From NCBI RefSeq assembly GCF_002945325.1, contig NZ_CP026606.1, forward strand, positions 60,001-92,000: DNA of 32,000 nt, in the 5' to 3' direction. The notes below the pieces were generated by a model, which saw only the letters and a list, made by a program, of their open reading frames with translations, had not been told where the DNA came from and did no database searches. Below are positions 27,201 to 32,000 of this stretch, piece by piece. Numbering within the stretch: the first letter of the stretch is position 1; each line of letters starts with the position of its first letter. The translations under genes and the position numbers were made by a program. This DNA comes from Methanococcus maripaludis. Lineage in GTDB: Archaea; AGJL01; Methanococci; Methanococcales; Methanococcaceae.

Positions 27201-27292
27201 AAGCTGCATTAGAATACTTCAAAACTTTGGATGAGTTGCCAGAAAGGCCAATCACTATTGAATGGACAGAAAACGGTCCGGTCTTAGCTTAA
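24221..27292 (+). CDS. Large secreted/cell-surface protein: signal peptide, SBBP-type beta-propeller, tandem Ig-like domains and an S-layer-like C-terminal domain
   Basis: TTG start with AGGTGA 5 nt upstream. N-terminal signal peptide MKVRYFIITSFIFLLCASFVSAEE. Eight (D/A)xxGNxY(V/I)xG motifs and seven KYAP(N/D)G motifs, six of which continue as KYAPNGTLLW, indicate SBBP beta-propeller repeats. About six ~90-aa repeats follow, each ending in F(I/N)(I/V)D-T/L-x-x-P-E/V. The C-terminus IIVGGPKYNVLA...VVYIAGSDRLGTQAALEYF resembles the conserved end of methanococcal S-layer proteins. My hand count gives roughly 55-60 N-X-S/T sequons. Confidence 0.9.
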   Translation: MKVRYFIITSFIFLLCASFVSAEEAVWNDTFGYGNGQDIALDGDGNSYVTGGSEDVITLKYAPNGTLLWNSTMDFGMTSEMGNSIALDNSGNAYVAGRGNDNVVILKYAPNGTLLWNNSYDYLGSIDYGKDIALDNSGNAYVTGAGKGRYHFYCIVLKYAPNGTLLWNSSLTLDDTNGLKIALDNGGNAYVTGDGDRSILTAKYAPNGTLLWYTKYVCGSSTMSTVGEDIALDNSGNAYIAGIGNTGVYEDYLYITLKYAPNGTLLWNRTVNLGLTDQAFGIEVDALGNAYVTGCVDNGVTQDIMTIKYAPNGTQEWNRSVDYNGRDNALDVALDNSGNAYVAGYITDSSDQQVFVIKYAPDGSELWNSTCLYRSTSYGIAIALDNDGNAYVTGSVSGATIVTVKFGIPVDETAPEVTINTLEKSYNTTSIVTNATATDLNLDSVIAEINGTENITLENISGYFVNSTFEFSEGLNTLKIYANDTSGNINSSENITFIVDTTNPELRIETSNVSNTSELTINVTVTDNIGLNYTNISIVDNYGNLVNSTINETNGTYQITLRVPADGIYNITATAFDMVENKNTTEAIAVNVDENAPLVTINTLEKSYNTTSIVINATATDLNLDSVIAEINGTENITLENISGYFVNSTFEFSEGLNTLKIYANDSFGHMNSSENISFIVDLNSPEITIKLIEGKYLNNGSNVINFTVNESNLDKVTAFNGSTEILLNNRTGNYLNSVVLNEGIYNVTIRINDTAGNIAEKSLNFIIDTTAPVVAINTPINGTTFTTSSFSINISANDSLLNVSSVIAKIGSVRNVTLSFDGDYYTGSTGTLSNGNYEITILATDLVGNVNSNETVNITVAVPASISSSGSGGNHYSSDLSNGITSSVIKTAVSNSNIVYGSDVDEGYAQDLRENLYDSEDYEISGDTIIVGGPKYNVLANKYDSKFGISISNDYPGENKGVIQVLKVQDNSGKIVQSYTVVYIAGSDRLGTQAALEYFKTLDELPERPITIEWTENGPVLA
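24338..25440 (+). repeat. Intragenic periodic repeats encoding the beta-propeller blades
   Basis: aaatatgctcca(a/g)atgg recurs at ~24398, 24538, 24692, 24827, 24992, 25142 and 25292, at 135-165 bp spacing. It is interleaved with gcactggataat(a/g)(g/a)tggaaatgcatacgtt-type units. Confidence 0.9.
25472..25672 (+). repeat. Copy A of a near-identical 201-bp intragenic direct repeat
   Basis: Aligns with 26018-26218 (offset 546 bp, or 182 codons) with 4 mismatches by hand alignment. Weaker similarity continues to ~25737. Confidence 0.9.
26018..26218 (+). repeat. Copy B of the near-identical 201-bp intragenic direct repeat
   Basis: See copy A. The encoded peptide TINTLEKSYNTTSIV(T/I)NATATDLNLDSVIAEINGTENITLENISGYFVNSTFEFSEGLNTLKIYAND differs at one residue. 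Confidence 0.9.
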
Positions 27293-27311
27293 TATTTAAT
27301 TAAAATAGATA

Positions 27312-27331
27312 TTTTCTTTTTTAGCTTTTTT
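27312..27331 (+). terminator. Oligo-T tracts after the surface-protein gene (candidate terminator)
   Basis: ttttcttttttagctttttt lies 20 nt after the stop. Based on pattern only. Confidence 0.35.
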
Positions 27332-27384
27332 GCAAAAATTAAAAATTTAAAAAAAGTAATTTTATTTAAAAAATTTTAAAAAAT

Positions 27385-28611
27385 TTAGGTTGTATATTCT
27401 GAATTTATTTTAACGTAATCATACCCTAAATCGCATCCAAAGGCTGTGTTTTCAAAGTTTCCTCTTTTTAAATCCACGATTATTTTGATTTTATCTTCTT
27501 TCATTATTTCTTCTGCAAGCTTTAATTCCGGAGTTCCACAGTCTGCAATTTGTTCCCCTGCTTTAACTAAAATTGCCTGCTTTTCTGAAGAAATATCGCT
27601 TATTATAATATCAAAATTGTTCATATCCATTTCAGCACCGCTGTATCCAACTGCCGCTGCAATTCTTCCCCAGTTTGGATCGGCACCAAAAACCGCAGTT
27701 TTTAAAAGAAGTGATCTAACAATAGACATCGAAGCTTTTTTTGCATCTTCTTTTGTTTCTGCACCAAAAACAGTTGCTTCAATTAATTTTTTAGCTCCTT
27801 CTCCATCTGAAACAATCATTTTTGCAAGTTCTTTTGAAACATAAGTTAAAGCGCTGTCAAAATTTTCTTTACAATCGTTATAATTTACACCACTTTGGGC
27901 ATTTGCCAAAACATATACTGTATCATTTGTGCTCATGTCTCCATCGACAACTGCATTGTTAAAGCTTTCATCAGCTGCATTTTGAAGGGAATTTGTTAAA
28001 TCTTCTTTTGATATTTCAATGTCGGTAGTAATAAATCCAAGCATTGTTGCGTGAAGCATGTTTGGTGCAATCATTCCAGCACCTTTTGCAATTCCGCCGA
28101 TTCTAACCGATTTGCCATTTACTTCAAATTCAACTGCAATGGTTTTTGGAAAAGCATCCGTTGTCATTATCGCTTTTGATGCGTTTTCATTACTGTTTTC
28201 TAAATTTATATTTTCAAATGCCCTTTCAACTTCTAATGATATAATATCCATCGGCATTTTTCTACCAATTACTCCTGTTGAAGCTGAAAGAACCTGATTT
28301 TCTGGAATTTTCAATAACTCAGCTGCTTTTTTTACGAGTAATTCTGCATCATTCATTCCACCTTTTGTAAAGCAGTTCGCATTACCGCTGTTTGCAACAA
28401 TGGCCCTGAATATTTTATTATTTACTAAAGTATCCTTTGAAAGAGCAACAGGATGTGCGTAAACTTTATTTGTTGTAAATACGCCTGCTGCAACTGCATC
28501 TGTTTCTGAATATATTAATGCGGCACCGTATTTTCTATCCTTGTGCCCGTTTGCCTTAAAACCCTTTGGAGCTACGACCCCTCCATCCACAACCACGAAA
28601 TTTTCGGCCAT
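27385..28611 (-). CDS. argJ: Bifunctional glutamate N-acetyltransferase / amino-acid acetyltransferase ArgJ
   Basis: 408 aa. Has the GF.A.G..... start region, KGAGMIAPNMLHATMLGFITTD containing the autoproteolytic ATML site, and the ArgJ-typical C-terminus INSEYTT. Confidence 0.93.
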   Translation of the reverse strand: MAENFVVVDGGVVAPKGFKANGHKDRKYGAALIYSETDAVAAGVFTTNKVYAHPVALSKDTLVNNKIFRAIVANSGNANCFTKGGMNDAELLVKKAAELLKIPENQVLSASTGVIGRKMPMDIISLEVERAFENINLENSNENASKAIMTTDAFPKTIAVEFEVNGKSVRIGGIAKGAGMIAPNMLHATMLGFITTDIEISKEDLTNSLQNAADESFNNAVVDGDMSTNDTVYVLANAQSGVNYNDCKENFDSALTYVSKELAKMIVSDGEGAKKLIEATVFGAETKEDAKKASMSIVRSLLLKTAVFGADPNWGRIAAAVGYSGAEMDMNNFDIIISDISSEKQAILVKAGEQIADCGTPELKLAEEIMKEDKIKIIVDLKRGNFENTAFGCDLGYDYVKINSEYTT

Positions 28612-28711
28612 GTTTCATCATCTCTTAAAATTAATTAACTCTGGAAATTATTTTTATTCTAAGTATAAAAAATTTATTCAAAACAATATCTAAAATTAAA
28701 ATTATTAAATT

Positions 28712-29983
28712 TTAACTATTATTTTTAATTTTTTTAAGCTTAGTAAATGTAATTATCCAGATCAATACAAAAACAACAAATGACGATGAAAGAGTTGCAA
28801 TTGCACCGCCAATTATACCCATATGTGGAATCAGGGTGTAATTAAATACGGCATTTAATAAAATACCTAAAAATAAAACATATACTGGAATTTTTGCATA
28901 TCCAAGACCTTGGAGGGATGATGCACATATCGTATACGTACTCATGAATACTGCTGAGACAGAAAGTATTTTTAAGGAAGCAATGCTTTCAGGAGTACTT
29001 ATTCCAAAAAATAAGTTTAAAAGTTCTTTTGAAAATAAAAAAATCACTAACAACGCAGGTAAAACTATTGAAATGTTTAAAATCGTTGCTTTTTTAAAAT
29101 ATGAAATGTCTTTTGATTTTGAAATTCTTGGAATTAACACTATTGCTATTGCAGATGCGAACAAGAAAAGAAGCCTTGAAAGAAGTGAAGCGTATCCATA
29201 AACACCATTATCATAAGCTCCGAGCATCGAAAGTATGAAAATGCCATCAAGATCATTTATCAGCCTATAGGATGCAGTCGTAAGTGCGATAGGAATTGAA
29301 TAATATATAACTTTTTTAACAGATTCCTTCTCTTTTATCGGTGAAAATATATTTTTTAAAATATTTGAAAATGAATATTTTAGATTTGATTTTGATAAAA
29401 GATAAATTCCAAAAATTCCACCAAGTAAAAATGAAACTGAAATCGATAGAATTCCACCAACTACGCCGAATAAATAGCTTAAAATTACTAAAAAAACGAC
29501 TTTCGAAGTATTTTCTAAAATCCAAGTTTTTGATAAATTCTTTATTTTTAAATTTCCCTGTAATACGCCCCTGCTCCATGAAATAACTACAGAAAATGGC
29601 AGAGCTACTGCGACAGCGTAAAAATAAACATCTGGTAAATTAGAATAGTTTCCGCCAAGTAGATATTTTAAAAATACTGTAAAAATTGCACCAAAGATTG
29701 AAAAAATAAACATTACTTTTAAAATATCATATATCCAAGTATTTTCGTTAAAATCGCCGCCAGAAATAAATTTTGCCATTGCTGGCGGAATTCCCGAACA
29801 AAAAATAATAACTAACGTATCTAAAATCGGCATTAGCCCCTTGATTACACCAAAACCCTCAGTTCCAAGAATAAATGGTATTAAAAAATAAAAAAGATAG
29901 GCTGCAAATTTGGAATACATGTTTGAAAATATCATGTAAGCACTGTCTTTTAAAATTCCATCTTTTTTTAAGTTTTTAATCAT
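28712..29983 (-). CDS. Polysaccharide/oligosaccharide flippase-family membrane protein (Wzx/MOP superfamily)
   Basis: 423 aa and hydrophobic throughout (~12 predicted helices). Composition and length are typical of polysaccharide biosynthesis/export proteins. The family call is from general pattern only. Confidence 0.6.
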   Translation of the reverse strand: MIKNLKKDGILKDSAYMIFSNMYSKFAAYLFYFLIPFILGTEGFGVIKGLMPILDTLVIIFCSGIPPAMAKFISGGDFNENTWIYDILKVMFIFSIFGAIFTVFLKYLLGGNYSNLPDVYFYAVAVALPFSVVISWSRGVLQGNLKIKNLSKTWILENTSKVVFLVILSYLFGVVGGILSISVSFLLGGIFGIYLLSKSNLKYSFSNILKNIFSPIKEKESVKKVIYYSIPIALTTASYRLINDLDGIFILSMLGAYDNGVYGYASLLSRLLFLFASAIAIVLIPRISKSKDISYFKKATILNISIVLPALLVIFLFSKELLNLFFGISTPESIASLKILSVSAVFMSTYTICASSLQGLGYAKIPVYVLFLGILLNAVFNYTLIPHMGIIGGAIATLSSSFVVFVLIWIITFTKLKKIKNNS

Positions 29984-30004
29984 GAAATCACAAACGAAAT
30001 AAAC

Positions 30005-30598
30005 TTAATTTTTGATTAACTTTTGAACCATTGCTTTATTTTTTAAAGCAGATTCGAAATTGGGATTTAACGTAACAGCTTTTTCAAAACACTCGAAAGC
30101 TTTTTGGTAGTTTTTAACCTTGTAGTACTCGACACCCTTATTATTCCACCTTATTGGGAGAATTTCTTTTAATTTAATGCGTGTCTTTTCAATATTTTTT
30201 CTCAAAGTTTCTGAATACGGATTTATTTCAAAAGCTTTTTCAAAATAGCCAAGTGCCTTCTCAAAATTGCCCTGATTGTAGTTTTCAACACCCAATTTTG
30301 AAAATTTATTATAATTTTCGTTTTCCTGCTTTTTTAACTTTTCTTCTACCATCTTTTTATTTTTTATTGCAGGAATATATGAAGAATTCATGTTTAAAAC
30401 GCTGTTAAAACATTGCAGCGCTTTTTCGTTTTCCTTAAGTTTTAAAAAAACCATTCCCTTTCCAAACACTGCTAAAAAATCGTCTGGATAGTATGAAAGT
30501 ATTTTATCATAGCACTCAAGTGCTTCTGCATATTTTTCAGAATTACAGAGCAATGCTCCGTGACTGTGCCATTTTTGAATGCCGTAATTGTTCTTCAT
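30005..30598 (-). CDS. Tetratricopeptide (TPR) repeat protein
   Basis: Repeated 34-aa TPR pattern (e.g. YAEALECYDKILSYYPDD, EKALQCFNSVLNMN, EKALGYFEKAFEINP, QKAFECFEKAVTLNP). ATG 30598 is preferred over the TTG at 30613 used by the track. Confidence 0.85.
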   Translation of the reverse strand: MKNNYGIQKWHSHGALLCNSEKYAEALECYDKILSYYPDDFLAVFGKGMVFLKLKENEKALQCFNSVLNMNSSYIPAIKNKKMVEEKLKKQENENYNKFSKLGVENYNQGNFEKALGYFEKAFEINPYSETLRKNIEKTRIKLKEILPIRWNNKGVEYYKVKNYQKAFECFEKAVTLNPNFESALKNKAMVQKLIKN

Positions 30599-30722
30599 GT
30601 TCAATCCTTTCAAAAGTTAAAAACAGTCCAAATCTTTTGATATAATGAATAATGAAGTTTGAAAATAAATAGCTATTGTGTAGGTAAAATTTAATTTTAA
30701 AAAAGAGATGTATTTTAAAGAA

Positions 30723-31655
30723 TTATTCGAATTCAATTGTTGCTGGCGGTTTATCGGTTACGTCAAGAACTACTCTTGTAACGTTTGGAATTTCTGAAGT
30801 TATTCTTTTGCTGATTCTTTTTATAAGATCAAATGGAATTTCAGGAGTGTGTGCAGTCATTGCATCAAGTGAGCTTACAAATCTAAGTGCAACAACCCAG
30901 TTGTAATCTCTAATGTCGCCTTTAACACCAGTTGCTTTTGTGTCAAGCACTGCTGCAAAGTACTGCCAGAGTTCGTTTTTAAGTTCAGTTTTTTCAATTT
31001 CTTCTGAAACAATGAAGTTTGCTTCTTTGCAGATTGCTAATTTTTCATCTGTAATTTCGCCTAAAATTCTAACTGCAAGTCCAGGTCCTGGGAAAGGCTG
31101 CCTGTGTGCAATCTGGTCAGGTAAACCAAGTGAAACTGCTAAAAGTCTAACTTCATCTTTGTAGAGTTCTCTTAATGGTTCAACAACATCTAAAACCATT
31201 CCACCAGGTAATGCAATGTTGTGGTGTGTTTTAATCTGTCCTTCACTTTCAATCCAGTCTGGAGCAATTGTTCCCTGAACGAGTACTTCTTCACCCTGTT
31301 CTTCTGCAACTTTTTCAAATACTTCGATAAAGAGCCTTCCAATTATCTTTCTTTTTTCTTCCGGATCAGTAATGCCTTCGAGTTCTTTTAAAAATATGTC
31401 TTTTGCTTCAACAATTTTTAAATTGAGCCCCATCTGTTCTTTAAAAATTTTCCAGATTTCTTCGGACTCGTTTTTTCTCATTAATCCGGTATCAACATAA
31501 ACTGCAAGTAATTTATCTCCAATTGCTTTATCCGTAAGAACTGCAGCAACTGCACTGTCAACTCCACCGCTCAGCGCAATGATTGTTTTTCTATTATTAA
31601 TCTGCTTTCTTATTTCTTCAATGGATTCTTCTATAAACGGTTCGGTCTTGAACAT
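30723..31655 (-). CDS. guaA: GMP synthase [glutamine-hydrolysing] subunit B (ATP pyrophosphatase)
   Basis: 310 aa. PP-loop [10 protein letters not shown], and a C-terminal dimerisation domain ending PPATIEFE, as in the split archaeal GuaA. Confidence 0.93.
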   Translation of the reverse strand: MFKTEPFIEESIEEIRKQINNRKTIIALSGGVDSAVAAVLTDKAIGDKLLAVYVDTGLMRKNESEEIWKIFKEQMGLNLKIVEAKDIFLKELEGITDPEEKRKIIGRLFIEVFEKVAEEQGEEVLVQGTIAPDWIESEGQIKTHHNIALPGGMVLDVVEPLRELYKDEVRLLAVSLGLPDQIAHRQPFPGPGLAVRILGEITDEKLAICKEANFIVSEEIEKTELKNELWQYFAAVLDTKATGVKGDIRDYNWVVALRFVSSLDAMTAHTPEIPFDLIKRISKRITSEIPNVTRVVLDVTDKPPATIEFE

Positions 31656-31677
31656 TGATATTCCTCCAAATAATTAA

Positions 31678-32000
31678 TTATTTTTCAATCGAAGCTTTTA
31701 CCAATCCATGAAATAATGGGTGAGGTTTGTTTGGTCTTGATTTAAATTCTGGGTGTGCCTGTGTTGCAATAAAGTACTTGTGATCTTCAAGTTCTATGAA
31801 TTCTGCAAGTTTTCCGTCAGGTGACATTCCCGAAATTATTAATCCGTTTTTCTTCAATATTTCATGGTATTCTGGATTTACTTCGTATCGGTGCCTGTGT
31901 CTTTCAGATGCATTTGTTGAACCATATAATTCACTTGCAAGCGAGTTTTCTGCTAAAATTGCAGGATATGCTCCAAGTCTCATGGTTCCTCCTTTTTCAG
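31678..32000 (-). CDS. pyrG: CTP synthase PyrG, C-terminal glutamine-amidotransferase part (5' end lies beyond the right window edge)
   Basis: MRLGAYP...[11 protein letters not shown]...[10 protein letters not shown] are CTP synthase GATase motifs. The frame remains open to the window edge, so the track's Met at 31983 is internal. Confidence 0.9.
   Translation of the reverse strand, partial: EKGGTMRLGAYPAILAENSLASELYGSTNASERHRHRYEVNPEYHEILKKNGLIISGMSPDGKLAEFIELEDHKYFIATQAHPEFKSRPNKPHPLFHGLVKASIEK

Noticed and set aside
1-32000. Search for mobile elements, integrases, restriction-modification, toxin-antitoxin or other defence/accessory modules, and for tRNA/rRNA genes
   Set aside because: Every sizeable ORF is accounted for by a housekeeping, chemotaxis, selenium or surface function. 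I saw no terminal inverted repeats, no att-like duplications and no GC-rich RNA-gene-like islands. This was a by-eye scan, so small or novel elements could be missed.

Overview
Strongly AT-rich, tightly packed archaeal chromosome that looks like a Methanococcus-type (Methanococcales) methanogen. Supporting markers are RNase P Rpp21, TrmY, CobY, a PAC2 proteasome chaperone, a class III signal-peptide pilin, GGTGA-type Shine-Dalgarno sites and oligo-T terminators. Left to right: (1) a minus-strand array of an MCP (runs off the left edge), cheD, cheA, cheB and cheW, contiguous with trmY, dapB and an acidic hypothetical; (2) housekeeping genes (rnp4, ahcY/SIHH, pyrK, an AsnB-like amidotransferase, dapF, a PRC-barrel protein, cobY, PAC2, a tautomerase, an iron-sulfur flavoprotein, a CBS protein, YqaA, a wHTH regulator, RNase Z); (3) a loose selenium-utilisation neighbourhood, made of selD with an in-frame TGA (Sec) codon and a SECIS-like hairpin directly after its stop, plus a split tRNA 2-selenouridine synthase (P-loop and rhodanese genes) about 2 kb further on, with a small unlisted Zn-ribbon ORF, a pilin-like gene, an AcnX small subunit and a Nog1-type GTPase in between; (4) a 1023-aa sequon-rich secreted beta-propeller/Ig-like/S-layer-type protein with a near-identical internal duplication; (5) argJ, a Wzx-like flippase, a TPR protein, GMP synthase subunit B and the 3' end of pyrG (runs off the right edge). 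By eye I found no tRNA/rRNA, CRISPR array, IS element, integrase, toxin-antitoxin pair or recognisable defence island. This reads as conserved core chromosome, not an accessory island. The points most worth a second look are the selD recoding signals and its likely non-canonical start, the surface protein, and the unusual CheA architecture. No claim of a new system can be supported from sequence alone.
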